A stretch of DNA of 64,000 nucleotides from Patellaria atrata CBS 101060 (taxonomy: Eukaryota), in NCBI GenBank assembly GCA_010093705.1, contig MU006117.1, positions 77,707 through 141,706 of the forward strand, given 5' to 3'. The notes under the pieces are model-generated. The model had not been told where the DNA came from. It was given only the letters and a program-made list of their open reading frames with translations, and did not search any database. Below, one piece after another: positions 23,740 through 35,984 of the stretch. The position numbers were made by a program, and so were the translations under genes. Positions within the stretch are counted from its first letter, which is position 1. Every line of letters starts with the position of its first letter.

Positions 23740-24889
23740 GGCGAACAAGTTAGTGTAACTGGTTGTACAAGTAAATGTGATGAGCAAAGCAAACAGGATA
23801 ACGGCAATTGAGATTGAGAAACTAGAGCGGAACGATCAACACAACATGGCCCGCATATGTGGATAGAAGCTTTTAAAAAGAAATTTCCCGGTTGATGGTT
23901 AGAATATCTTAGACATGTATCGGAAATTGCAATTGGACAAAAATCCGGTGCGTTTACCGGATCGATACTATGATGATTATCCCATGACGGAGTAGTTAGT
24001 ACAAGCTTTTTTTCCTGAATAATATCGTACTATCAATCTCTTGGCTCATTATACAGACGTTCATCAAGGTATTCTATCCTAAAATAAGCAGGTTACTGTG
24101 GAACTACGGTCGGGTAAGGTGATGAAGAATTACTAGTGAGAGGTGACGTGATAAGAACTATGCCGTTAATCCGTAGTTCTAGCGGAGTTATCTCCCGTTT
24201 GTATCAGGAGTTCTACGCCTTAACATTATGAATTCGTAATAAAGCACCTAGCAAAGTATTTCTTTATACTGTACGAGCTTAAGGATATAAATGATCGGTG
24301 AGAAATCTCTATAATTTCCATATTACGGTCAAACCACAGTACCACTTCAGATCTTGCTTTCTGTTGTTTTCAGGGGAATTTGTATGCAGCGTTTCTGTGT
24401 ACAGACGGAACCCTTGTACGATACCATCGTGCCATGAGGCGAATCCGACTGCGAAAACGTCATAAGATCGTGCAGTCCGGCACCTCGGAGCCAAACCTTA
24501 ACTGGCTAACAAAACTGAGCAAAGTCTTGGCAGGTAAAACTGATAAAGGTACGCGGAGTCCTTCCGTCTCTTGCTGAAAGTTTTCATCTAAGGGATATTT
24601 CCTTTTCAATTGATTGGAGCGCACTCTCATCAGGTCATACTGTAGTCCATATTGACAATTCATCAATATTACCTAAACTGAAAGAGGCATTATGCGAACA
24701 GCAGAGCAGACATGCAACGAAAAGCAACTTGATAATACGAGAAAAAATATTCTTCCTTAAAAGAGATCGGTATCCAACTACCCTCCACCCCAAACAAAAG
24801 ACATGAAAAGGACAAGATACTTTGCCAGAGGATGCCACCAATCGTAACTCTTTTCTGATAGAGCAATATATTCAACTCCTTTTTAACAA

Positions 24890-27800
24890 TCATAGAAAAG
24901 CAGGCGATGCACTTCCAGGACTTGAATCCTCCTCTTGACGCCTCGAGCTTAGGTAGAGGTCTGCCATTCTCTGTCCACTAGTGGGCGTCATGTTACTCAG
25001 ACGGCTTGTCGGCCTTTCTAGTGTCCCATTCGCTACGTTAGCTAGGCTGGTCTGCTTCCTTAATGAAGACGGAGTTCGAGGAGTGCCCGGCGTGCGTGGC
25101 TGCCCGTATGGACCTTCGAGAATCATTCTTAGTGTATCCCCATCAAGTGCGGGGCCGGTGACAGGCTTACGAGCAACCCAGGTTTGTGTATAACTGGATT
25201 GATACTGACCGTGCATGTTGAGTTCCGAACGTGGTCGAAAGCTGCTACGGTGGTTAACACGGCGGGGTGTTGGTGAAGCTGGTGCCGCTTCAGCATCTTG
25301 TCCAATGCAGTTTATTGATCGTGCGTATGAACTGATCTGTTGTAGGGATTGAGGCCTATGCAATGTACGAGGGATGATCCGCGCTGTGATCGTACCGCAT
25401 GGTGTAATGCTTCTCCTTCCCCCCTCACCGTCCCCTGGGGACTTTTCTTGGCCCTTAGGCTTCTTATTTTCGTTTGGAGGTGTGACATTTTCATCTTGTC
25501 CAGCTGTAACAGTATTTCTACGAGTCATTTGACTGCTTCCCTTTGATTTCGGCCTTCCAGTCTCTATCATCGGGAACCGGTCATTCATTCGGCTCGATGA
25601 GCGCTCCTTCAACTCAGGCCTCTTGACTTTGCGGGGTTTTCGAGAACGACTGCTATTGTTAGTATCTGGCGATTCCGTATCATTTGTCTCAGGACTTCCG
25701 TCCACACGATTCCGCGACTGCTTATTCCGTTCGCTCAGTCGACTACTGGATCTTGGTGGAAGTGGAAGTAGTGAACATAGAAATCCCTGACCTGAACCAA
25801 TAGAGTTGTCGTCGTTGTCGATAATTTGTGCCAGTTCTCGATGGTGCCCACTTTCTCCAAGAACACGTTGATCAGCGAGCTCATAGCGCTTTGGGTCGTC
25901 GATATCCAACTCTGCAACTTCCTTCGAGAGCCATGCTTTCCAGTCACGGCTAGAACGTATTGAATGAAGGTTCGCTGGCCTCAGAGGTGAACCCAGCTTA
26001 TAGGAATATTTGCTAGACTCACCACTAGCAATAACAACTGCGGTACCCACGTCTGAGGAGGATAATCCGTCCGGTGCTGCACTTCCAGCAGCTTTTGGAG
26101 TTGGAGACCGACCGTCTGTGTGCCGCGAATAGATGCTTGGCGACACGGGTTCAGGCGTACATAAAGGTGGGTGGAGCAGTCCGTGGGTATTGGGGGGCGT
26201 TGTTTTAATGTCTGCAACTTGAGGTTTGATATTCTCCCCAAAAATCTCTTCAGCAGGCGTGAGTTCATACGGATTCACTTCACCTGGGCGGGACTTTGGT
26301 GAACGAGGGTAGAACAAGGAGCGGCCTTCATCCATGTTTGTCTTCCATCGATCCTTTTCCTTCTCCGCTCGCTGTCCCAACTGCCCTTGGGTTGGTCTAG
26401 TTGCCTTCCCAGCCCTTTGGAGTCCTTTTGCAGTCATACCAACGGAATTGTTCATCATTTTACTTACAGATGGTAGAGATGCAATATGTCGCAACTTGGT
26501 AACCTGATCTTGTGATCCGTTTGACTCACTGATCACTCTAGTTCCGGAGATTTGGCGTGGACCAACTAGTTCCGGATCAACAGTTCGAATCGTGGGTTCA
26601 TTCAGAGTGAGGCCAGTCAGTTCGTCTCTGACGATAACTGACGAGGCGCCTTCTGACTGCGGACTGTTGACCACCTTAGCTGTCGTGTCTGAGCTCTGTT
26701 CTTGGTCTAGAAGCGGTGCATCGTCGAACCGCTTAACAAGAGCAGAATACAACCGCTGGCTATCAACTCTTTCAAGTTCTTTGCCACCAGACTTCTTCCG
26801 CATTGGCATTCGGAATGGCCCGCGAGCGGCTAAGAAATTACGCTTAGATGAGGAGGAAGACGAGACTCTTCTATGGCCATCTTCATTGATAACTGAAAGA
26901 CGTTTGCTCGTCTGGCTGGAAACAGTCCCCGTTAGTGTCGAGTCCGCCCAGCTAGTAACGCGAGACTTCCCATCGGTGAAAACGGTATCACTATGAGCAC
27001 CACTACTTCCTCGGGATTTTGGATTAACGCTTGAAGGAGTTGGGCCGAGTGAAGGGGTTTGCGATAACACTCTTCCTGACGAGACGACACCTGGTGTGTG
27101 AAGTTCACTGCTGTCTGGCTCAATCATAATAGGATCGGAGAAGTGCGCCCTACTAGCGTTCACTTGTTGAATAGGTAGACCTGTAAGCGGCTTAGAACTT
27201 TTGCGAAATACCCGCTTGATTTGCTTCTTCACGGCGTGGGATATCGATCGAGACTTATCAGCTTTGTCCATTGGTAGCTCAAAACCTTCTGTAAGACGAT
27301 TAGATGACATTGAGATGTTGTTGTAAGTCACGGGCGTAGATTCGGCAACGAGTGCTCTCTCTTGACGTTTTTTGAAGGTCGACATGATGAACGAGGGTTT
27401 ATTGCGTAACCTCTGTTTTTGAACATCTTGGAGGTATTTGTCTCTTGCTCTCGCAATTACCTCGTCCCTTTCCTGAATACTCATTTGGGTGGGAATGATA
27501 TTGGTATCGTGGTTGGAACGAGGACGTGCGGAATTTCTCGCGTCCTTTTTGACGTCGTGCTTTTCAGCGGCATGGGAACTAACTTCATATTCTTGGATGC
27601 AATGCAGATCTTCAGCAGTCCGGCCAGGTCGTTTGTTTTCGACGAACATTGATCGAGCCCGTCTGATGGATGGTTTTGCTGCAGGAGTGGGGGTTGTATA
27701 AGCGTCCGGATTGAGTCGGTAGTGTGATCCAGGTAATGAACTTGCTTCTGATCTGGAGAGATGCTTAGAGGAAGCCGGTGTCTGCTCTTTTTCTTGTCCT

Positions 27801-28156
27801 TCCCGTCTTGAATCGACATACGGAGCTTGCTTCTTCTCACTGTTGCTACGCTTCGGTTTGTTGTCTGCGGAGTATCGAACACTAGAATGTCTGCTCGCAA
27901 AATGGCTTCCTTCAGCATTCCGGCTCACATTACTCTTCTTCCTCGCTAAGCCAACTTTTTGGTGGTGGGCTACGTCAGCTTGTTGAAACGCATGAGCCTT
28001 CTCATACGCAACTGCAGCGGCTGCTACAGCTTGATGTCTCGCAACAAATGGATCAATTGATTCTGTTCTGGAGACCTGGGGACGATGCTGAACTGATGAG
28101 GATGATTTTGCTCTTCGAAGGCGGGCCCCTGCGTCACTAGAGGCCCGGGAGAGCAT
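24890..28156 (-). CDS. Large Ser/Arg-rich, largely disordered hypothetical protein, 1088 aa
   Basis: Uninterrupted 3.3-kb ORF starting MLSRASSDAGARLRRAKS, with ordered-looking islands (SRVTSWADST, VDSQRLYSALVKR, SSRDWKAWLSKEV, SGQRMADLYLSSRR). Confidence 0.85.
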   Translation of the reverse strand: MLSRASSDAGARLRRAKSSSSVQHRPQVSRTESIDPFVARHQAVAAAAVAYEKAHAFQQADVAHHQKVGLARKKSNVSRNAEGSHFASRHSSVRYSADNKPKRSNSEKKQAPYVDSRREGQEKEQTPASSKHLSRSEASSLPGSHYRLNPDAYTTPTPAAKPSIRRARSMFVENKRPGRTAEDLHCIQEYEVSSHAAEKHDVKKDARNSARPRSNHDTNIIPTQMSIQERDEVIARARDKYLQDVQKQRLRNKPSFIMSTFKKRQERALVAESTPVTYNNISMSSNRLTEGFELPMDKADKSRSISHAVKKQIKRVFRKSSKPLTGLPIQQVNASRAHFSDPIMIEPDSSELHTPGVVSSGRVLSQTPSLGPTPSSVNPKSRGSSGAHSDTVFTDGKSRVTSWADSTLTGTVSSQTSKRLSVINEDGHRRVSSSSSSKRNFLAARGPFRMPMRKKSGGKELERVDSQRLYSALVKRFDDAPLLDQEQSSDTTAKVVNSPQSEGASSVIVRDELTGLTLNEPTIRTVDPELVGPRQISGTRVISESNGSQDQVTKLRHIASLPSVSKMMNNSVGMTAKGLQRAGKATRPTQGQLGQRAEKEKDRWKTNMDEGRSLFYPRSPKSRPGEVNPYELTPAEEIFGENIKPQVADIKTTPPNTHGLLHPPLCTPEPVSPSIYSRHTDGRSPTPKAAGSAAPDGLSSSDVGTAVVIASGESSKYSYKLGSPLRPANLHSIRSSRDWKAWLSKEVAELDIDDPKRYELADQRVLGESGHHRELAQIIDNDDNSIGSGQGFLCSLLPLPPRSSSRLSERNKQSRNRVDGSPETNDTESPDTNNSSRSRKPRKVKRPELKERSSSRMNDRFPMIETGRPKSKGSSQMTRRNTVTAGQDENVTPPNENKKPKGQEKSPGDGEGGRRSITPCGTITARIIPRTLHRPQSLQQISSYARSINCIGQDAEAAPASPTPRRVNHRSSFRPRSELNMHGQYQSSYTQTWVARKPVTGPALDGDTLRMILEGPYGQPRTPGTPRTPSSLRKQTSLANVANGTLERPTSRLSNMTPTSGQRMADLYLSSRRQEEDSSPGSASPAFL

Positions 28157-28840
28157 CTTACTTGCGTAGTGATATCAGAGTGGTGGCATGCGAACGGTGA
28201 ATTGATGAGACTGGCTGAGACTTGCATAGAAGGAATTTGAAATGAGCAACACTGAAAATAAAGACCAAGACAGCAGAATAGGAAAGAAATCCTGGTTGAC
28301 AAAAACACGCTCATCTTAATGAGATGGCAAGATGGACTCTACCAAACACCTAAGTTTGTTATGCCCTTCTAAGAGGAAAGATTCCCCCGTCATCTACCCT
28401 GAAGAGAGAAACTGCGATCATTTGTGAAGATTCCGAACGCAGGAAAAATGCATACACGAAGATGGCTCACTCATGGTCAAGCTACAGTATGGGTGGACAG
28501 AATATACAACCCCCAATGCAAGCGAATAGATTGCGCGTTGTAATGACGACCAACGTAGCACCATCTTTCTGTACCTAAGACACAGCATTAACAGATCGGA
28601 GGTACGGCTTTTCGTTGAAACATCAACCTCGTAGAACTAAGATGAACTAGCTTTACTCCCGGTAAGGAAGGTTAGAAGTAGGTAAGGGTAGTCGGTACGT
28701 TGATACATTCCACCTCAATGGAAAGTAGTTCTAGGTGTATCATCTTTCTTTCGCAAAATAAGGAGACGGAAAGGTCTTGGCCCTTCTGTATCAGGCAATT
28801 CAGAACAAATTCGTCGAACGTCTCACATGTTCGATACGCG

Positions 28841-28951
28841 ATGGACTTTCACGACCCGCGACGAACTTTTTCGACCCGCGATGAACTTTTTCGACCCGCG
28901 ATGAACTTTTTCGACCCGCGATGAACTTTTTCGACCCGCGATGAACTTTTT
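28841..28951. repeat. Minisatellite, ~5.5 copies of 20-bp ATGAACTTTTTCGACCCGCG
   Basis: Exact copies at 28881, 28901 and 28921; diverged copies at 28841 and 28861; partial copy at 28941. Confidence 0.95.
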
Positions 28952-29331
28952 TCCTGTCTGTGCGAGCTCTTACCCATGTTTCCTTTTCTACAGTATCATA
29001 GTACTACACTGTATCATCTCTTCGAGCTAATTTTCATCTATGCTTTTTCCTACCGAGTATCGGGTGCGAGTACTTGTACTTATTATACTTATACTACTTT
29101 GTAAGTAACTGTGTTTGAATAAGCTCATTCGATCACGAATTTTTAGGGCATCTCTCTAAATGTACTTTGTATCTGTATGGGGTGGTATTTCTCTCCCTAA
29201 ACTTGGTGCGGGGCGAACCGAGGCTCCCTCACAGCGTGCACGGTAGGGTAACTTGAGGTAATTGAAGTATAATTCTTAGTTCGCCGTCTCTCCCAATTCT
29301 TGTATCACATACCATTCATATTTTGAACAGC

Positions 29332-30613
29332 ATGCTTACAGAAAATGGCCGAAAGTTAGCAGTCATAAACATCTCCCGTGCTCAAGGTTTGTGTTGTATA
29401 ACTTATCCTGTAGTAAACGAACCCTTTTCTGCTATCCCACGTTTCCCCGGCAATGTGCCAACAGCACCTCTTCTTCGCATATCCTTGATCAAACTCATCC
29501 AGCATAATACAGAAGAGGAGGATAGACTCTGGAGTGCTTGTTGTGACCTTGGATTCTTTTACCTAGATCTGCGGAGTGGACTAGATAGTCCTATCACTAA
29601 CATACATGGAAATGGGTTGCTTAAAGACGCTGAATCACTCTTTAAGGTTGGCGAGGAACTATTTCATCTTCCTCTAGAGGAAAAGGTTAAGTATAATCTG
29701 AAAGATAAGGGAAGTTATTTTGGGTAAGAAACCTCGATTTGAATTCGAGCAATTCTTTCTGATACCGTCAAGGTATAAAGGATATGGATCTGAAGTGATA
29801 AATAAAGAGGGAACCAAAGACAGGAATGAGTTCTATAACGTCTCTAAAGATGATATCCTGGGTATTTCTGAGCAGTTACCTGTTCCGTATCTCCTACGTC
29901 CACGTCGAACGCTTCTCGAGTCCAACATTCAGCATTCACATGTTCTGATTACCGTGCTGTTGGATCTTCTCAACACCCGCTTGGACTTACCCCCTAGTAA
30001 GTTAGGATCTCTGCATCGTCTAAAAGCGGTGTCTGGGGACCAGGTCCGCTTCGTCAAAGCTCCTCCCCAGCCTCCAGATGATCAGAGAACAGCTTTAGGC
30101 GCGCACTCCGATTTTGGAAGTATAACCGTGCTGTTCAACCGTCTGAGTGGTTTGCAAGTTCAACTTCTACCGACCGTCAAATCGGAGCGTCCTGTTGGGA
30201 ATCCTAACCGAGCCGTCAGAAAAGAGACTGACGATGGGTGGGCATACGTCCGCCCGTTGCCTAGACATGCGATTGTCAATTTTAGAGATACAATAGTCAA
30301 GTTCACGGCTAGGATACTCCGTTTCAATATACATAGAGTAGTATCGCCTCCTAGGAATCAAGCATCTTTGACAAGATATTCTCTAGTCTATTTTGCGAGA
30401 CCTGAAGATAACGTTCCTTTGAAGCCGCTGAAGGCTTCAACTGCTGTCAAGAAACAACTAGACAGAGGACCAAGGAGTGAGGAAGATGAAGAGGGAGTAT
30501 TGACTAGTAAGGAATGGATTCTGAGAAGAGCATTAGGAAGAAGAGAAGGGGGTAATTGGGAAACAGCCAGTGGGACAGAGAGTTTCAGCATGAGAAATCC
30601 AAGTGTAGCATAA
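29332..30613 (+). CDS. 2-oxoglutarate/Fe(II)-dependent dioxygenase (IPNS-like, DIOX_N + 2OG-FeII_Oxy), heavily RIP-mutated, possibly inactive; intron 29724-29772
   Basis: Motifs LWSACCDLGFFYL, AHSDFGSITVLF (HxD), NIHRVV (distal His) and TRYSLVYF (RxS); GTAAGA...TCAAG intron. The start codon is uncertain. Confidence 0.85.
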
Positions 30614-31019
30614 TCTTCAATCCCACAAGTTCTAATAAAACGTATAGTGTACTTAGAAGTTACAATTGCCTTAAAACCTCAACAGACCGTGGCTGCGCCC
30701 AGAGGGTGGGAGATGGACCTATTCCCTGCGTATTTCGAACTATAACGTCTTGAACTCCGTATTGATGATGGTTAGATGGAAGGGGAGAAAGTGGTTACCG
30801 CGAGTCTGCTCGGGATGCCAAGCATGGACATTCGTCCGGTCTTGAGCTACATTACCAACTTGCTCCACCAATCAATTCTCAGATAATCAGACAGAGTCAG
30901 ACGGGACGACGACTGCCGACTCTCGAAACTTCAAATATCGATGAATGAAGTCTGAACTTGACTTCGCAGTGATGATGTGCCTCATAAGGCCGCGTCGATA
31001 GTTTGATACAATTCGCGTC

Positions 31020-33614
31020 ATGTCCTTAGAGGTCCAGAAGCATTCGTCACACCGAAGAAATGGAAAACTTCAATCCTGCGAACCTTGTCGAAAGGGAAAG
31101 ATTCGCTGTGAAGACTCCCTCCACATAGTTACTCAGCACAGAGTTAGATCTAACGAGAGATTAACCAGGTGATCATGTTCTCCCAACTTGCGGAAGATGT
31201 GCACGTCGACGCAAATTCCAACAATGCGTATACCATCCAGCGCCTATGACGCGTCAACGTCTACTTGTCAACGATGCCTTGACACCTGCGAGCCCGCCAT
31301 CTACTGCACGATCAATGACTACTCAGAGCATAACTTCTACTCTCGCGAGTCCCGATAATGTTAGAGACGTTAGCAACGATGCTCGTTCAGATGGCGTCAG
31401 TAATACTTGGGTGTCGCGGCCTAGACGTAGTTCTGCACCACCGGAGTATGGCCTCGAAGCTGCACTTCGAATGGATAACGCTCAGTGTTCCCGTACAGGG
31501 AACAAAGCATATATATCAAATAGCAAAGTACTCGGAAGTGTTTGGTCTGGTTTAGATTCCCATCATCCATCTTCAAATTTCACAATGCATACGCGACTAG
31601 GTTTTCTTGGTTCCACTTCTTATTCTGCCATCATCCAAGAACAGCAGACAACATTGGGTCTGCGTGAGCCGGAAATGGAATGTGAACCAGGAAAACCTCG
31701 TCATGTGGACCGTGAGCAGATACAGAGAGGAGCTAAGTTGCTTGCAATGCTTAAAGACTTGCCTATGTTTACTCGCTTCCACAAGAGGTGGTTTGCAATG
31801 AGTCATGGTTTGATTGTTAAAGAACCTATGGTACAGATATGGGCAGACGGTATATGGGATAAGTATCGGACAATTCTCGAGAATCAGGATCAAAAAGCTC
31901 TTATTTCCTTGTCGGAACACCTATGGAAGAATTCTCGAACACCAATCATTGTCGATTCCTCAATCCCACCTCGTGAATGGCTCTTAATGTGTACCGGTGA
32001 GGGTTTAAGATGGGAAGTCGTGGGTATTATCTTCTGTTTAGTTGGTGATTGTCTTATGAACCTTCCTGGTGAGTATAGTAGGTCTTTGTGCAGGCTTACA
32101 CTGACGTTGAAACTTATAAGATTGGGATCCTATGCTTATTGATAACGACGTACGAAAAATTGACCGTAAGCGGCTTGCAAACACTATGAGCGAAGCTTCA
32201 GATGATATTGTGACATTCTGCCAATGGGATTGCGTTCTAGATGATCTTGTGATATGGCTAATGAATGAGAATGCTCTGCTCATTTCTACTGTGAAAGGCG
32301 ATGCAAGTTAGTCAATCTCGATATTTTGAATGTGATGCTTGAATAGATCTGACATTCTTCAGGCTATTACTTATGGAAGCGCTTGACCGAATTCAAGGGC
32401 GCTATGATTGTACTAGGTTACCATCAGGAGATTAAGGTTGACAAGAACACTCCTTTTTACCTTGTGGAGCTTCGGAAGAAGACGTTTTGTCAAGCGTATG
32501 GTGGAGACAAGTTTCGAGCCACATTCCTAGGACGTCCCCCTATGCTATCGAAGAGATACTGTCTGATCCAGCCTCCTCTAGACTTAACTGACAAGCAACT
32601 GTTTGCCGAGGGAGCGGAGCTTGAGGAAGCTCTTGCGAGTCTGGACAGTGAAGGCTGGAATCGGACTGGCAAACTTCAGAGACTCACTTGGACCCGCGTC
32701 ATGCTCCGCAATGCGGTTTGTCCCTCTCCCTATGCGATTAGACCTATAACTAACAAGCGGTAGCTTATTAGAGAAGATATTCTGGAGATATCCTTAGGGG
32801 TAAATGTATCCAAGGACGAAATTATTTCAAGGGCTCAGTAAGTCACACGTCCCTTACGACTGGACAAGTAATTAACGAAGCAAGGCAAATCAAGAAGAAT
32901 GCGCGCAATGACTGGAGTAGGCTACCGGAGTTCCTTCGACAACATACCTTTGATGCAGACTGGGATGACCGAGTAGCTCCCTTAACTAACATGTGGCATC
33001 TAATCATCCGTTTGGAGTATAAATACAACAGTTTCCTCCTCGAACGAGCTCTAGTAAAGAAAGCTGGCTTCATCCCTGGTGAACTCACTGCTGTAGCTCA
33101 TAGTATATTCAAGGATGTACTCCTAGTGTCTACGAGGCGAGATATCCTTCAAGAGTTCCAACTCGACGTGACGGGAATTGTAAGTCCCATAAGCACATTC
33201 GATATCTGATGTTAATTGACAAATGTATAGCTCTGGCAATACGGACTTCCTTGCGCAGCCGTCTTAGCCTTCGAGCTTCTCAGGCAAGAACACACGAGAG
33301 GATCCTTAACTTCTCCATTACCAAGATCTGAATTGATTCAAGATCTCAGCGTCTTCATCGCATTTCTCGGTACCATTGCGCCAACCGATAGCAACAAGGT
33401 CATCTACGAGCATGGTAGAGCGGCCCTCAAACGAATACTAGACAAGATCCTTGCACCTACACCTAACCCTCCGTCCCTCGTGTTGCAAGCTCCTGAGCAA
33501 ATGAACGCAGACCCGTATATGCCGTATGCCTTGGGCAACGATGCGGACTTCCTCCAGTGGCTGGATAACATGGAGTGGGAAAAGGGGTCATTCTCAGGTT
33601 TCACTTCCTCCTGA
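31020..33614 (+). CDS. Zn(II)2Cys6 fungal transcription factor with fungal-specific TF domain; 7 exons
   Basis: RRNGKLQSCEPCRKGKIRC|DHVLPTCGRCARRRKFQQCVYHPAPM after splicing 31108-31168. Further introns at 32069-32120, 32307-32362, 32716-32763, ~32838-32884 and 33180-33230 keep frame through DKFRATFLGRPP and YGLPCAAVLAFELL. Confidence 0.92.
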
Positions 33615-34190
33615 TACCCCATATACGATTCGCTGATGTAATGACGTTTTCATTTATGGACCTAACACGATCTTACCTAGCAAAAACAAAATGAATAAGT
33701 AATAGATTTAAAATCTGGTTTCTTTTCCTTAAATAAAAAGAGAAAAAGAGTGAAATGATCTGTTATAAGTTGAACGATACCCCACGGTCTCTTATTTGTC
33801 TGATAGGAACATGAAGGAGGCAGAATTAGAGATGATAAGAGAAACCAAGCAATCCAGATTGTTCTCTGTCATCCAGCTCACATAACCCTCCACTTTTTGT
33901 CCTAATATTTGCAAGCAAATAATAGCTTCTGATACGTCGATATGCTATGAATGATGTGGACTATATAGGGGAGGTTCTAATATAGTGAAGGAAGATGCGT
34001 AGTACATCTTGAATGAGGATATTATTATTTATTCCATGCAATCCGCTCTACAAACGAGGCAATGGTTCGACGGATGCTAAAACAAGATATTACGGACGCT
34101 CACTGCCGTTATATAACCGCAGAAATCAACCCTTTTATTGTGTAAACCATCCGCCTATGTCGGCCTACCAATAGTAAATCCACGGGATGT

Positions 34191-35256
34191 TTAGAAACAG
34201 AAGACTTGATCCCCAAGCTTGCTGACGGGTTTCGGCTTCTCGTATCCCAACTCCGTCACAGCCTTCTTCATCGCTGAAACCATAGGCGGGGGTCCGCAGA
34301 CCAGGATCTTGATATCCTTAGCAGGTGGTGGGAGTTTCTCCTTTTTAAGGAATTAGCAAATATTATATCAGCACACTCACAACTCTCTTACAACAACTCA
34401 CCTTAATCATCTCCGGCGTCACAAACCCGATTCCGCCAGACCACTTCTCCGGCGGGTTGTTCAAGACGTAATAGACCTTGAAGTCCTCATCTTCCTTAAC
34501 CAGCGCATCCAAATCCTCCTTCAACAAAATGTCCTCAGGATTGACGTTCGCGAAGATCAAATCCAACCCAGTCCTATCATTTCCCCCGTTTCTTGACCTG
34601 CCTCTAATAACCGCCTTGACGATCTGCAACATAGGCGTGATTCCGGTTCCACCTGCAATCATGCCGATGCGCCTACACATGTTCGGAGTATACACCATCG
34701 CGCCCTTTGGTCCCTTGACTTTCATCGTGTCCCCGATTAGCAGAGAGGCCATATGCTTCGATATGTTGCCGGTCGGATAGGATTTTATGAGCAGGTCGAA
34801 GTGACCCGGGTTATCGTCAGAGGATATGGGCGTGTAAGAGCGCACGATCTCTTTGTCGGCTCCGGCGACTTTGGCGGCGAGGGAAATGTGCTGGCCGATC
34901 GGGAGGCCGAGGATGGAAGTTGGGCTTGGGAGAGCGAAGCGGTAGATGGCGGTATTATGCGACAGGATGGTCTTCTCTGTGAGCTCGAAAGTTTGGTACT
35001 CATTCGGCTTGAGGACTTTGCGGACGCCTGTGCAATTGCGATTGTTAGCAGTCTGGATGCGCTGGTTGAGGATATCGTGGGAGGGATTACGAGTACTCCA
35101 CATCTTCCACCCGCCGAGAAATACGGACAGGACGACGGCGTATGGAAGCCATTCTTTCTTTACGATCGCACAGCCTACTACGATCAGGACTCCGGGAATG
35201 TATATGCCGTTGATGTATTGGTGTGCCGTCCACGGAAGCTGTTGGGAGAACGACAT
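34191..35256 (-). CDS. CBR1: NADH-cytochrome b5 reductase; introns 35090-35028 and 34401-34341
   Basis: N-terminal TM segment; [30 protein letters not shown]-terminal exon [13 protein letters not shown]...DQVFCF*. Confidence 0.93.
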
Positions 35257-35984
35257 CGGAGCTATTCCGCGCTTTTTTTTCGCAGACTTCTAAGGTGCGA
35301 GTACCTTGGGTATGCGAGAGAGACAATCCGGAGAGTGGAGCTAGAGATAATAATTAATGATATATCAATCAGATCTAGCGAGCGATTGCAGAGGTAGTGA
35401 AACTGATATACCCCGGAAAAGTGCGGTGGTGGTCCTTTAGATGCTCAAAAGCCGAGAATGATTTTTTGAAGGTTGAGACAAGCATGCGGACGCGGGTGTG
35501 GGGTCGGGAAAAAGATTGCGGTTATGGGAAAGATATCCGCATCCACCATCCCTTATCATCTTCAAGCTTCAACAGCCCATGCTAATTATATGCATCGTTG
35601 CCTATCATTCAGCGATAAAATGTGGACATCAACGCATATGAACTGACGCTAATTGAAGACAAGACCTAGGGCCAGGAAACCGATAACTTCGACACGCAGG
35701 AATTTGATACGTTGATTCAAAATAATAGAATCACTAAAGTATCTTATTCGAAGTCAATACGGTACAGCTGTTGTTCTACATAACATCGATAGAGCCAGTG
35801 AACCGAACCACCTCTTTACGATCAACAACCGAACCACAAAGATTTATATCAGGCTCTAATGGATGTCCATACAGTAGATAATAATCTAGCAATATCGAAA
35901 AGAACGCATCTTTCTATTTTCGGCCTTTCTATTCCATGAATTATGTTTCCACTCATTACTATTCTCCTATGTTGTATCCTACTT

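Noticed and set aside
29332..33614. Secondary-metabolite cluster (dioxygenase + Zn2Cys6 TF)
   Set aside because: No PKS, NRPS, terpene synthase or transporter in the window; neighbours are housekeeping-type genes.
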